A DNA stretch of 64,000 nt, from assembly GCA_009914755.4 (NCBI GenBank), contig CP068257.2:37152001-37216000 (forward strand). Direction: 5' to 3'. This DNA comes from the human T2T-CHM13v2.0 reference genome, Homo sapiens. Position 1 is the stretch's first letter, and each line of letters begins with the position of its first letter. The notes under the pieces were generated by a model. The model did not search any database. It was not told the origin of the DNA and was given only the letters and a program-made list of their open reading frames with translations. The translations under genes and the position numbers were made by a program. Positions 16,843 to 31,844 of the stretch are shown piece after piece.

Positions 16843-19285
16843 TTACATAACTTAAAGAAGCCCTTTGGAGAAGGTAGAAACAGACTTTGCTGCCCTCTCT
16901 GAGCAAACATTGTCTCATTAATCCTCCCCACAACCCAACAAGGAGGTTTGACCTACTGAGTTCCATTTTAGGAGATAAGAAGCCGCTGTATGCCTCAGTT
17001 GGCTACCCAGTCTAGGGGCAGTAAGCCCCCACTTGCTATAATAGGTTGTGATTGTCTGATGTATTAAACTGAACTTTAAAAAGTCATTTCTATTTCGCTA
17101 CACAGCAGTGGGGCAGCGCAGAAACAAGGAAATTATATCTTCCGCTTCGACTGTTTTTCATTTTTACTTTGTGTTTCTAGATTCTCAAACTTCCATCACT
17201 CTAACAGATTCTCAAATTAGAGGAGAAAACAATCTTACTTTACATAAAAACACCAAATTGATCCTTTATGGATGCAGTGTGGTCAATGACAGCATTTGTT
17301 TTCCCAGCATAGATTGTGCTGATGCATTGTGTATGTGGCCTGGTCTGTAGCCTGTGTGATTGACAGATGATTGAGAGACAGAGAGAGAGAGAGATTGTCA
17401 GGAGGCTTAATGATCCTCACAACACAACTGGGGTAGGTGCTGTGGCCCCCACATTACAGCCGAGGCCCAGAGAGAGTCAGTAGCTCACCCAAGGTCACAC
17501 AGCTTGTGAACAGCAGAGCCATAATTTGATCAATGCTGCTAGGCTGCCTGTCAAAATACACCCAAAACAAAACTTACTTTTTGTATAGCATGAGCTTTTA
17601 ATTCTACGGGTTGCTGTTGCATTGAATTATGCCCTAGTGTAACACAAACTAAAATATCCAGTTGCAAAATTAAATAATAAATAAATAATGGGTCTGCGTG
17701 CTGTTTATCAGTCCAAATGTGGCTGCATTTTTTGGCCAACTATGTCTTTTAAGATTACATCCTAACATTAAGTTTTTGTTGGTTTCTAATCCCAGCTTTG
17801 GCAGTTTTGGACAAAAGCTATGGGCATAATATCCTCTTGGCCCTCCAGGCAGGGGCGCTGCAGATTCTGGGCTGGGGGTCAGTGGGGGCAGCTTACAAAA
17901 TGTTTTTCTGTGAGGGCCTCGGCTGAAATAGAGGGGAACACTGCTGAGCTCTGGCCTCTGTGTCTGTATCTTGACTGACTTTTTAAATTTTTTTTTCTGA
18001 AATTTCTGTGTGGCCTGACAAGTCCGAGACTACCACAAAGTGGCCACAAAATTTGTTTAAATGTTGTCTGTCAAGTTGGAAATTTTATTTTAAAATTCAT
18101 GGTGCAATGGCATTATAATAAACCTTATTTTTCCTTCTGCAGTCTGTTTCTGGATGCTGGCAGTCATTCAGAAACATTTGCTGAGCACCTCGTACCTGCT
18201 GAATGAACCCACGTGAAGGGGAGCCAGGAGTGCGGATCATTAAAAAGCCTGTACTTTCTCAGTCCCCATTTGACACCACAGAGAGAAAATGCATGCTCCT
18301 GATTTGGGTAGATCTAGAATGTTCTTATGAATATGGTAGGTGGAGCAAGGGAACCAGGTTCTTATGATACATGATAAGAAAGGCCCTAGCTTGGTCAGAC
18401 ACAAATAAAAGCCAAGCTTTTCATCTAAACTCCCTTGCACCATCACCCCCTTACCAACCAGTACAGAGAGCTTAACATCTCTATACCAGATAGTGAATGT
18501 TTCTAATAAGAATGGCAAATTCTTATTGTGAGAGAGATAAGGGCATTCAAGTGTTAATTCAAGAGAAATATGTATATGGTTCTTTAAATGATTTATTTAC
18601 TAACAGCATTAAGTATGGTGTAAAGGAATTTACATACCCTAATTCTCGTCTATATATTTTTTTGGATTTTAAAATGACAACTTGTCTAAGTTCGCATTAG
18701 TATTAAGCCCTAACATGAGACAGTATTTATAGCATAAGATTTTTGCCACCTATTTTTAATTGTAGCGCTGTTTTATCAATAAGATCAATTAAAGAGTTGA
18801 ACTTTTGAAAAGAAGAAACATGAAAATGAATTTCTAACTGTACAGTATTGAATACATGAAAGTTCTCTTAAACTTAGTCCAGAGTCTCAATAAACATGGT
18901 AAGTATGTAATAATTCACATTTACAACCGCCATAAAAACTCTATCAACCAAATTATTTTATGACGTCAAAATTATCTGAAAAAAATTGAGGAACTAAAAT
19001 TTTTAAAAATAGGTTCTCAGTTAGAGCTGTCTATTAAAAGGATAAATTTTAAACTCTCCGGAGCTGGCCTTCCTGGTTCCAGGAGCAGCCTGTTGGCCTT
19101 CTCTCGCAAAGCTCAGTTCCTTTCCTCCATTCCAGAAGACCCTCAAGCCTGTCCCATGCACCTGGTTTTACATTTTTAAATGTTAAAAGGAAGACCACCG
19201 TGAAAGATTGGCATGTTAATAGTAGGCTAAGGCGACAGGTGCTGGGGCTCCAGCTTAGAGATCCCCACAGATTCCATGCTCCCAG

Positions 19286-19335
19286 GGCTGGCTGCAGCCA
19301 TCTGCCCCCACCCACCCCCACCCACCCCCACCCGG
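19286..19335 (+). repeat. C-rich (CCCCACCCA)n-like tract (G-rich on minus strand)
   Basis: gcccccacccacccccacccacccccacccggcccagccctcccctcc read directly. It is embedded in a locally GC-rich ~0.5 kb patch at 19.05-19.56 kb. Confidence 0.85.
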
Positions 19336-22305
19336 CCCAGCCCTCCCCTCCTGGAGGTGGAATCGTGGCTTGCACAATCCCCTCTGGGCCCCTGGGGGAG
19401 GCGCACCATATTGATTTTTTGGACTTCGTTTCTGTGTGTCTCACCAGTCTTTGCCCGGCACAGTGACTCACTGGCGTCCCTTTCAGGACTTTCTCCCGCC
19501 TGATAACATCTAAATGACTCATGCCTACACCACCTGGAGAGCTCAGGGAAGGCACGGTTTGTTCAGGCCACCCTCACTCCAAGGGCCAGCCCTTTTTTGG
19601 AATAGAAACTAAAAGTTGGTAGCTTCCATTTGTAGTTCCATCTAACAGAAGAGCCGACCCACTCACATTAGCTGGCTCACGACTAAGGCAACCAATGCCT
19701 CCCAGAACATAGACTCAACTGGCAACCCCGGCACTGAAGGTCAAGGTGAGTCAAAGACACTCATGCAGAAGGGTGGATGCTCTTCCAAGTGTGACTGGCT
19801 GGCCTGCACGGCTCACTGCCTCCCCTCCTCCCGTCAAGATGCAGCTTCAGTTTAAACCACCTTCGTTCCATTCATCAAAGAGGAATATTTACTGTTATTG
19901 TAATGACTCTTCTCACAGTACACAAGGCTACACCTGAAACACACAGGCCTTTCAGAAAGCACAAAGGAGCATTGTGCAAGCCCCTGCCCAGTGAGATGGA
20001 TGGGGGCGTAGACACGCCAGTTAACAGCCGGGCTTTGCAGGCCAGCAAGACTTATCTGTGGCCGCACCATGGCCACTGAGCTTGTACCTTTCTTCTTTTA
20101 AAAATTGCTCCTTCATTATAAGCAGAGTTAAATACCTGCACATGTGATTTGTGTTGAAATAATAAAGCAACAAACACACATCAAGCTGAGGAGAGAATCT
20201 TGGCTAAGGTAGGAAGTCGTGGGTCTGGTCTCAGTCTGTGCTGCTGACCAACTGTAAGAACTCAGAACTCACTGTCCACTCAGGACCACAGTGTCTCATC
20301 TGAAAGGACGAGGAGACTGGAACACACCAGAGCCATGGTTCTCAATGTGTGGTCCAGAGGCCCTCGGGGGTCCCTGAGCCTCTTTCTGGGGATCTGTGAG
20401 GTCAAAACTACTTTCACAAGTATGGTTTGCCTTTTTCACTCTCACTCTCTCATGCTTGAACAATGGAATCTTCTAAAGGCTTCCTGACACGTGATGCTAC
20501 AATGGATGGAATCCAGAGGTGGATAGGAGAAGCCAGCTGCCTTCTATTAAACCAGAAATGAAGAACATTTGCAGAAATGTACAACAATGCCATGCTTCCC
20601 ATTAATTATTTTGTTCTTGCTTTAGAATATGTCACTTTTCATTGAAAAATGTTACTCATGATTTTATGTAAAAGGTTTATTGTTGTTACTTTTAAATATA
20701 TATTTTAAGTGTTTTTTAGTTTTGATTTCTAATATGGCAAAAATTGGTAAAATCACATACACAAGGGCTTTTGGGGATCCTCAAAACTTTTTAAGAGTGT
20801 AAAGGGATCCAGAGACCAAAAGTTTGATAACCACTAACCAAAAACTTTGACAACCATCATCTTGAAGGGTCCTTGGACTTTCTGGAATTTGGATCTCCCT
20901 TGCCTTGTTCAGTTTTCTCTCTTTTTAGCCATCTCGTACTTACAGCCATTTCAGTTCCTATGTACCTGACTTATTAATTATGCTTATTGTTTACCATGTG
21001 TGTTCCCCTCCCATATAAACTCCATGAGGACTGAGATATTTGTCCATGATGTTCATCAGTGCATCCCAGGCTGCCTAGAACTGGGCCTGGCCCTTAGCAG
21101 GCACTTGTTTTTGGATGGGAGGGAGGAGAAGGGAGGGGAGAGGGCAAGTTCTTTCAGTGTCTGTATAATGGACAGAGCAAGGTGTACCACCTCGGTGTGA
21201 TAGAAGAGATGGAGACAGGAGAAAGGAAGCTCTGCACAGGATCACGTGGTAGGTGGCAAAGTCAGGGCTCCATCACAGCTTCTGTTGTCACATGACTCTG
21301 TTATCTGACCCTTTAAGGCAGCCCCTTCTGCTCCAACAGAGCTTCAGGGTAACTGAGTGCCCCGCAATTGGTGTTAGCAGAGAATCTGTGTCCAGTTGAT
21401 CCCTAAAAGTTTGAGGAACACTCATTCCCCAGTGCATAAGTTCCTGATAAATGACCTCATAAATAAATGACCTCCCTTTGTAGGAGGTTGGCTGGAAGGC
21501 TCAGATGCACATGGCTGCTGGAAGTGAGGTCCTCCCACAAGAGAACCAACACGTCCTTCAAGGGTCTCGGGGTCTGTGAACAGACATGGACATCAGGATT
21601 GGTTGAGGGGCTTCCAGGTTCAATCCTGGTGGCACAGGTGAGGCCCATTCACCAGACCAGAGTGTCGCCAGCCATCCATAGCAGGTGTGCTCTTTGTGGC
21701 TGCCTATGGCTTTTAGTCCTGAAAAGCTCAGGTTTAAGTAGCCAGGAGCACAACCCAGGCCTTGCTGCTGCTTCTGGACATCTCTGGGAGTGAAAAGGGA
21801 GTTCTATGCTCAGCCACCTGAGTTTGTGGAGCTCGTTTCAATCTCAGCCTCTCCCATCAGCCTCCTGGTGACTCCTCTAAGAGGTCTCAGTGCTTCCTTC
21901 ACCCTCAATACTCAAGGCCTTGGCGAAAGGGAATTCTTCTGAGACCTGAAGTGTAGAATCACGAGGGAGAAACAGTCAAGCAAAATTGACCGTTATCGCC
22001 CAGGAGATAAGACCCAGGAGTCAGTTCAGAGAACGCAGACATGACCGTAGAATTGTGTACATAGCAGGCCTTGCCCTCAGTGGATATCCAATAAATTGCA
22101 ATGGACATATGTTTTCTTTTCTGCACACTCTCTTGCCTTTCCCTTGGCTGGATCTTGGGGCTTCTGGGAGAGTGATGCAGAGGGGAATATTGGAAGAAGA
22201 GGCTGAGAGCACAGATGAAAGTCATCCCATCTGTTTGGATTTCATTTTAAGAGCAGTGCAGAGGCATTGAGTGTTTTTAGGCAGAGAATAACATTAAGGA
22301 ACGTA

Positions 22306-24667
22306 CAGGTGTACTTCGGAGATATTGCAGGCTCAGTTCCACACTGCAGCAATAAAGCAATTATCGCAATAAAGTCATATAAATATTTCAGGTTTCTCGG
22401 TTCATATAAAAGTTATATTCACACTATATTGTAGTCTATCTAGTGTGCAATAGCATTATGTCTAAAAAACAATGTACATACCTTAATTTAAAAATACTTT
22501 ATTGCTAGAAAGTGCTAATAATCATCTAAGTCTTTGTCAAGTCATAATCTTCTTGTTGGTGGGTGGTCTTTCTGGATGTGGATGGCTGCTGACCAATCAG
22601 GGTGGCTGTGGCAATTTCTTGAACTGAGACAACAGTGAAGTTTGCTGCATTCATTGGCTTTTCCCTTCATGAAAGATTTCTCTAGCATGCAATACTGTTT
22701 GATGGCATTTTACCTACAGAACGTCTTTCAAAATTGGAGTCAATCTTCTCAAACTCTGCCACTGCTTTATCAACTATTTATGCAATATTCTAAATCCTTT
22801 GTTGTCGTTTCAACAAAGTTCAGAGCATCTTCAGCAGGAGTAGATTCCATCTCAAGAAACCACTCTCTTTGCTTATTCATAATAAACAACTCCTTGTGTG
22901 TGAAAGTTTTATCATGAGATTGCAGCAATTCAGTCACGTCTTCCGGCTCCACTTCTAATTCTAGTTTTGTTGCTTTTTTTTTTTTACCACATCTGCAGTT
23001 ATTTCCTCCACTGAAGTCTTGAGCCTCTCAAAGTCATCCCTGAGGGTTAGAATCCACTTCTTCCAAACTCCTGTTATTGTTGATATTTTCACTTCCTACC
23101 ATGAATCATGAATGTTCTTAACGACATCTAGAATGAGAATCTTTTCCAGAAAGTTTTCAATTTACTTTGCCCAGTTCCATCAGAGGAACTACTCTCTACG
23201 GCAGCTATAGCCTTATAAAATGTATTTCCTAAATAAGACTTGAAAGTCAAAATTATCCCCTCTATCTGTGGACTGCAGAATGGATGTTATATTAGCATAC
23301 ATGAAAACAGCATTTATCTCCTTGTAAATCTCCATCAGAGCTCTTGGGTAACTAAGTGCATTGTTAATATTGAACGATAATATTTTGAAAGGAATAGTTT
23401 TTTCTAAGCAGTAGTTTTCAACAGGGGGTTTAAGATATTTAGTAAACCATACTATAAACAGATGTGCTGTCAGCGAGGCCTTGTTCCATTTCTAGAGAAC
23501 AGGCAGAATGGATTTAGCATAATTCTTAAGGGCCCTTAAGATTTTCAAAATGGTCAGTGAGCATTGGCTTCAACTTAGTTACCAGCAGCACCAGCCCCAC
23601 CAAGAGAGTAAGCCTGTCCTTTAAATTTTTGAAGTCAGACATTGACTTCTCCTCTCTAGCTATGAAAATCTTAGGTAGTATCTTCTAATACAAGGTTGTT
23701 TCATCTACACTGAAAATCTGTGATTTAGTGTAGTCACCTTCATCAATGATCTTAGCTAGATCTTCAGGATAACTTGCCGCAGCTTCTCCATCAGCATTTG
23801 CTGCTTCACCCTGCACTTTTACATTCTGGAGATGACTTCTTTTTTTAAATGTCATGAACCAATCTCTGCTTATGCAGCTTCCTCATACCTCTCAGGCATC
23901 ACAGAATTGAAGAGAGTTAGGGCCTTGCTCTGGATTAGGCTCTGGCTTAAGGGAATGTTGTGGCTGGTTTGGTGTTCTATCCAGACCACTCAAACTCTCC
24001 GCGTCAGCATAAGGCTGTTTCACTTTCTTACCATTCATGTGTTTGCTGGAGTAGCATTTTTAATTTACTTGAAGAACTTTCTCTTTGCATCCACAACTTG
24101 GCTATTTGGCACAAGAGGCCTGGCTTTTGGCCTATCTTGGTTTTGACATGTCTTCCTCACTCAGCTTAATCATTTCTAGTTTTTTATTTAAAGTGGGATA
24201 CGTGTGACCCTTTCTTTCACTTGAACACTTGGAGGCCACTGCAGGCTTATTAACTGGCCTAATTTCAATATTGTTGTGCCTCAAGGAATAAGGAGGTCCA
24301 AGGAGAGGGAGAGAGACAGGGAAATGCCCAGCCAGTGGAGCAGTCAGAATACATACACATTTATTGATTCCGTTCACTGTTTTCTGTGGGTACAGTTTGT
24401 GGTTCCCCAAAACGATTATAATAATAATATCAAGGACCACTGACCACAGACCACCACAACAGATAGAATAATAATAAATTTGTGCAAATAAATAATAAAA
24501 AAACATTGTGAAAATTACCAAAATGGGACACAGAGATAGGAAGTGAGCCCATGCCTTTGGAGACATGGCACCAGTGGACCTGCTGTATACCACAACCTTC
24601 AGTTTATAAAGAACATGGTATCTGTAAAGTACGATAAGGTAAAGCACAGTAAAACGAGGTGTGCCAG
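22306..24667 (-). mobile_element. Tigger1 (pogo/Tc1-mariner superfamily) DNA transposon fossil, near full length (~2.36 kb) with a degraded transposase ORF
   Basis: The left end caggtgtacttcggagatattgcaggctcagttccac...cagcaataaagcaattatcgcaataaagtca is the reverse complement of the Tigger1 3' terminus. The right end ...aaagcacagtaaaacgaggtgtgccag is the reverse complement of the Tigger1 5' terminus (CAGGCATACCTCGTTTTATTGCGCT-like). The minus-strand ORF 22770-22952 ([55 protein letters not shown]) and ORF 24132-24680 (C-terminal ...LNKKLEMIKLSEEDMSKPR) match the Tigger1/pogo transposase C- and N-terminal regions as recalled. Confidence 0.8.
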
Positions 24668-25311
24668 TGTTGGGGAGCACATCTGGCTGCCTGGCATAGT
24701 ATTGACTGAAAGAAAGATAACAGAGGGAGGGTATCTGAAAAGTAACTGCCAGATGCTATGGTGTCTGCTCCTTTGCAGTCAGGGAGAAGAGAAAGAAGAG
24801 ACTGATTATCAAAGAAATCCCAAAGCTAGAATCCGCAGACCCCCATTCCAGATTCATTAAAAGTGGACAAGAGATAGGGGAGCCTGAGGATTGTCCCTGG
24901 TTGACTGGAAGGTCACCCAGGAGGAAGGGGTGTACCTCAGAGATGGACAGGGATGGGCCTTCTGCTCGTCCTACAGGCACCCATTCTCAGCACAGGCTCA
25001 TCCAGCCAAAGACTAAATTTCCCAGCCTCCTTTGCAACTAGATGATATCACGTGACAAAATCCAGACCAATGGGCCTGCCATGTGCAATTCTGATTAGTG
25101 CCCTTAGGAAGATGAGCCTCTGCTTCTCTTTCCTCCTTTCCTAGGGAGGAATGCAAATGTGGTAGGGAGACATCTTCAACCAGGAGAATGAGGACACAGC
25201 AAGGTGGGAGGATCCTAAGTCCCAAAACTACCACAACATCACCAAGCCAACAAACCAGCCTAGGGTCACCTTCCCCAAGTGTTATGGGAGTGAATAATAA
25301 ACCTCTATTTC

Positions 25312-25617
<306 letters not shown>

Positions 25618-26337
25618 AAACCTCTATTTCATTTAAGCCCCTGTATGTGTGGCCTCCTGTTACTGATGTTATTTTCATGTGTTATTCTACGCGAGGGGCA
25701 GAACAACTTGCTTTTGTTGTATTTCAAGTGACTGTATCGCTGAACCAACCACTCTCGGAGCCACACTTCCTCTGCCTACAGGCTCTGTGTTGACTTGTGG
25801 CATGAAGAACACCTGTGAGGTATCCACAGCATACACCAGCCCAGGGACGGAGGCCACATGGGCCTGAGCCTGCAGCTGGCAGTGGCGGACACAGATGCTC
25901 CAGCAGGAGTGAGGGGAAACACTCCACCAAATGAAGGCCTCAGGGTCATTCGGACCTCGTGGAAACAAGTTGTATCAGGTTTGCTGGCGAAGCAGCTAGG
26001 AGGCTGTGGCAGCTGTTATTTATTCTTCAGTAGGACATTTGGCGCAATGTCTTACATCTTCATGGGTAATTAGACAAAAAGAGCTCACCACCCCTAGGTG
26101 ATGTCAATGCAGAGGGAGAGTCCTAGTGACATACTACGGGCTTGGCCTCAGTCACTGTTTGTTCAATGACTTGCTTATCAGGGTTATATGTGGGCCAAAG
26201 CAGTTACTAATAGAAGAGACCTTGGATAACAAACTCGAGGGTCATAAAGATCTGGAGAGGCTGGAATGATGCACTGAACCTACACAGACTCATTCATTCC
26301 TCCCCCATCTGTTCATTCAGTGAAAGCATATTCATCA

Positions 26338-26724
<387 letters not shown>

Positions 26725-27933
26725 CAGATAAAGCAACAAAATCATTTTTGGAGAGATAATGCTGGGAGCGCATTATTGGCAGGATGTGATAGTGACATGA
26801 AAGTAAGGCTCTTTCCGCTTGGGATCGGCAAGAACTGCCCTGAGCCAGTGACATTTGCCCATTTGCCTCAGATGATGAAAAGGAGCCAGGCTTGAGAGCC
26901 AGGTGGAAAGAACGCCAGGGAGCAGCGAGTGCAAAGGCCCCAGGGGGCAGCAACGGGAGTTTTCCAGGAACAGACCCAGGCAGGTACACTGGAGTGTGAC
27001 CAGCAAAGAGGAGAATGAGGAAGGGGGTGGGGACCAGGTCACAGAGGGCATGGTGAGGAGTTTTGGATTCTCTTCTCTGCAGGGTGAGAAACCTTCTGGG
27101 AATTTTGAGGAGAGAGGTGGCGTCATAGGATTAACTTCTCCAAAGGCTACATTGGCTGCTGTGTGCAGGGTGGATTCTAGGAGGTAGAACAGAGGAGAGC
27201 TGGGAGGCTCTTGCATGGTGGTGATGACCAGGGCACTAGAGAAGAGACTGTGCTTGAGATGTGTTCTGGAAGCAGAGTCCACGGCATTTGCTGATGGTTT
27301 ATGGGAGTAAAGGAAGAAGAGAAATCCAGGACAACTCCAGGTCTTTTGCTGAGCAACCGGTGGGTGGTGGTACCGGTTCCTGGGACGAGAAGCCCTTTTC
27401 TCCATCTCTGCTAATAACTCGCTGGCCTGAGCCAGCCTCGTCACTTGCCTTTAATGCTCCTGTGGTCACATGGCTGGCTGCCCTGCTGCCACCACGCCTC
27501 TTCCCCATGGTCTGGGATTGATCATGTGCAGGGCAGCACCTGAGGTCCACATTAACACTCCCACACACCAACAGATGAGCTTGGAAGGAAGCCCCTGTGT
27601 GGTTCACACACAGGAAATAGGCGGGTGGTCACTGTGTGGGACTGTCTTGGATGGCAGGTCAATGGCACATCTCTGGTCGAGGAGGGGAATAAGGACACCA
27701 GGCAGGGGAGATGCCTGAGTTGAAGGAGTGAGACCAAGGCAGAAGCCCACCCAGAGGATGAGGGCTGAGGGAAAGAGAAGGTTCTCATGCACAGTGAACA
27801 GGAAGCAGGGGGCTCTCCGGACCCGGAAGTGACCCTGGGCCGGCCAGGGGACAGACCAGTCTCTACTAGACCATGGGGCTGGCTCTGGGGGTATTTTAGG
27901 TCTCCAGGTTGATGTCTGCAAGGCCAGCTTTTT

Positions 27934-28132
27934 TTTTTTTTTTTTTGGAGACAAGGTCTTGCTCTGTTGCCCAGGCTGCAGTGCAGTGGCTCAATGCAAC
28001 CTCCACCTCCCAGGCTCAAGCAATTCTCCCACCTCAGCTTCCTGAGTAGCTAGGACTACAGGCACGCACCACCATGCCTGGCTAATTCTTGCATTTTTTG
28101 TAAAAATGGGGTCTCACCATGTTGTTCGGGCT
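27934..28132 (-). mobile_element. 5'-truncated Alu (3' ~190 bp) with intact 14-bp TSD
   Basis: T-run followed by ggagacaaggtcttgctctgttgcccaggctgcagtgcagtgg...catgcctggctaattcttgcattttttgtaaaaatggggtctcaccatgttg. The TSD aaggccagcttttt is at 27920-27933 and 28133-28146. Confidence 0.9.
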
Positions 28133-29045
28133 AAGGCCAGCTTTTTCTTGCTGATGCAGGAAGAGGGACTGGATCAGACTCAAATCTGAGAGGCCCTGGA
28201 GGACCCAGCTATGAGAAACTAGCAATGAACTAGAGCAGGAGGGCCAAAGGCAGCCTGCTGGCTTCTTCTCATTTTTCCAGCCTCTGACACCTCACACCAT
28301 TATGAACATGTAATTGACCTGAATTTGTAAATTCTTATTCTTTTTTTTAATGATTTCTTTCCTGCATGAATGGCAGAGGGTGACTCATCCCCAGGGACGG
28401 GGCTCAACCTTTCAACATGAACTCACCACCATGTAACGCGTGCGGCCCCCACTGGCTGAAGCCATTTGATAAATCCCTTTTTCTCATTTTTACAGAGAGA
28501 AGGTCTAAGATCCAAGCTACAGCCTAATTCAGCCATTTGCCCTTTACCCGAGTTTTTCAATATACTCCACACTTTCTTACTCCTGCTGAGAGCCCCACTT
28601 TCCTTGAATGCATTCCTCTCTTGGCTCCCTCCCTGCCGCCGGCCTTCTCCCTCTCTCTCCCTTCCAGGTCACTTCTCGTGATGAGATTGGACTTGTTTCC
28701 TGGGGCTCTGGTAACAAGTTAGCTTAAAACAGAGAAATGGACCCTTTCACAGTTCTGGAGGCCAGAAGTCTGAAATCAAGGTGTTGGAAGGGCCACTCTC
28801 CCTCTGAAGCCCCAGTAGAGGATCCTTCGTGGCCTCTTCCAGCTCCGGGGTCCCTGACACCCCCCGGCTTATGCCCGCTTCTCTCCCCTCACTGCCTCCG
28901 TCCTCACACGGCCATCTTCTCATCTCCTTGTATCTCTTCTCTGTGTGTCTCTTATAAGGACACTTGTCATTTGACTCAGGACCCAGCAGGATAACCCAGG
29001 ATAATCTCGTCTTGAGATCCATCACTTACTACAACTGCAAAGTCC

Positions 29046-29320
29046 TTTTTTTAGATGGAATTTCGTGCTTGTCACCCAGGCTGGAGTGCAATGGCACGAT
29101 CTAGGCTCGCTGCAACCTCTGCATCTGGGTTCAAGTGATTCTCCTGCCTCAGCCTCCTGAGTAGCAGGGATTAAAGGCACCTGTCACCATACCCGTCTAA
29201 TTTTTGTATGTTTAGTAGAGACGGGGTTTCACCATGTTGGCCAGTCTGGTCTCAAACTCCTGAGCTCAGATGATCTACCCACCTTTGCCTCCCAAAGTGC
29301 GTGAGCCACCGCACCCAGCC
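29046..29320 (-). mobile_element. Alu SINE with small internal deletion
   Basis: Reverse-complement Alu. The junction cccaaagtgc|gtgagccaccgcacccagcc lacks the ctgggattacagg segment. Confidence 0.9.
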
Positions 29321-31450
29321 AGGGCTGCTCTTAAATGATGAAACCAATGGGCTCTACAGCCTCAAATGCTGAGGGTCAAGCTGTGTCCTCTTCTGCCAAG
29401 AACAAGGAAGTGGTATGTCTGAGTGATATGTCATTGCTCATTGTCTGCCATAAGGTTGGGACAAAGAGCAGAGGTCTGGGCCTGGCTCTCAGCTTAGCCA
29501 GCCAGGCCCCCGGGCCAGGCTGAGTCACTGTGTCCTCACTGCTTAACCCAGGGTAGCAGTGCTCACTCTGCTTATCGCAGGGCAAGGGGCGATGGAGCTG
29601 CTATCTGGGAAACAGTTTGAAAACTGTGAAGGGCTCCACAGGCAAAGTGCCATTCTGTTTGTTTTAGTGGGGAATCACTCTAGGAAAAAATTAGGAGGAT
29701 TCTGGTCCTGAATCCTCTAGAAGTGTGCTCTGCGACTTTGGGCAAATCATTTAAACTGAAGATAGTAATGCTACTCAAAATCAGTAGTGTCACAGACGTG
29801 TCCACCTAGGAAAGGTATAAAGTACTATATAAATGTGAGGTTCTATCATTATTATAGTGTTTACCATTTCAGCAAAGTATTGTAAAAGACATTACATAAT
29901 GCATTTGCATCTTTTTACTGATAAAACTTCTACTATAAGCATTAGTATTTACTAACCAGCATTTTACATTTTCCTTTGAAAGGGCGAAATTCCTTCCGCA
30001 GAATTAAATCGTGTAATTTTTCCAACAGATATTTATTGAGTGCTGTGCATCAGGATTTATTCTAAGCATTGCAGGAAAGTAGTGAACAAAGCAGATATAA
30101 TTCCTTCCCTAATGGGGTGGAATTTGTGCTGTGGAGACAGAGAATTATTAAGGTAAAAAAGCAAAAGATAAAGAACGTAACGATAAGGGCTTAAGAAAAA
30201 AAAACTCATTCGGTGTCAGAAAGGAGTTGTTGAAATTTTAGGTGGGGTGGCCAGGGAAGGCTTCACCAAAGGTGACTATTTAGTAAAGATCTGGCAGCGG
30301 TGACAGTAGGAGTCACACGGACTCCTGGGAAGACCCTTCTAGGGAGAGGGAACAGCTCAGGAGGGAGTTGGCCTGGTGCCCAGAGCAGGAACTGAACATG
30401 GAGGCAGAGACTCAGTCATGTAACTGCTGGAGGCTGAGTCTCAGGGCCTCCAGGGGCGTGGCGGGCTTGGGCTCAGGCCTTTCTTCTGAGTCACACAAGA
30501 GCTGTTGGAGGGTTTTACCTGAGGACGGACAGGCTGACTGCCGTTTAAACAGGATCCCTCTGGCTGCTGTGTTGAGAATGGGTATCACGTTTAGAAGCCT
30601 TTTGAAATAAGTATTTGAATGCACAAGTCATACTGAAAGTCATTTTTTAAATGTCAAATGCTTGCCTTTTCCCCTAAACTAGAGCAGGTCATTCTTGCAG
30701 TGAAATAGTCCACTCACTTTTCTATAGTAGGATGAAAAGAAAGAAACGAGAAGGCACGACTTGCTGTATCTAGTCAAACATTCTTGCTACCAAGAAACAT
30801 TCACGCTCCGAGTGGAGAAGGGGCTGCCTGCATCTCGTGCCCTCTGGGTGAGCCCGGCTATGTCTTCCTTCACCACCCTCTGCTGGGAGGGTGGGAGCTG
30901 AGGGGACAAGGACACCTGAGAGAGGCCTGTGATGGGCTGCCCAGTGCCACCCAAGCCCCTACTGCACATCTTCCGCCCCAGCCCAGGTTGGTCCAGAAAA
31001 AGAACATCAAGTGTTGTTACCCAATTCTGGTGTCAAAGACACCCTAAGAGTCCTCCATTGCTACTGACCAGCAGTTTCACATGTACCTACAAACAGAAAT
31101 GGGGTAATTGGGTTTAATAAAAAAAAAAATACATTGGCCATAAAAAGGAATGAAGTTCATCCATGCAGTACATGCTACAGCACAAAAGAACCTTGAGAAT
31201 ATTATGTTCAGTGAAAGAAGGCAGTCACGAATGACCACATATTGTATGATTCCATTCTTATGAAGTGTCCAGAACACTTCATAAATCATAAGGCAAATCC
31301 ATAGTATCGGAAGGTAGATCCGTGGTTGCTTAGGGTTGGGGGTCGGAGGGATAATGGGGTGATAGCTAATCAAAACAGCTTTGTTTTTGAGGTGATGAAA
31401 ATGTTCTAAAAGGGACTTCGATAATGGTTGTACTTACCTGTGAATATTCT

Positions 31451-31792
<342 letters not shown>

Positions 31793-31844
31793 CTTACCTA
31801 TGAATATTCTAAAAACCGTTGGATTGTATAGTCTAAATGGGTTG

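Noticed and set aside
19049-19555. 168-aa ORF on the minus strand
   Set aside because: It has no domain or motif I recognise and lies in a GC-rich patch that is open in several frames. It is kept only as a possible regulatory region.
22770-24680. 182-aa and 60-aa ORFs on the minus strand
   Set aside because: They are remnants of the Tigger1 pogo-like transposase within a decayed DNA transposon. They are frameshifted and do not form a complete ORF.
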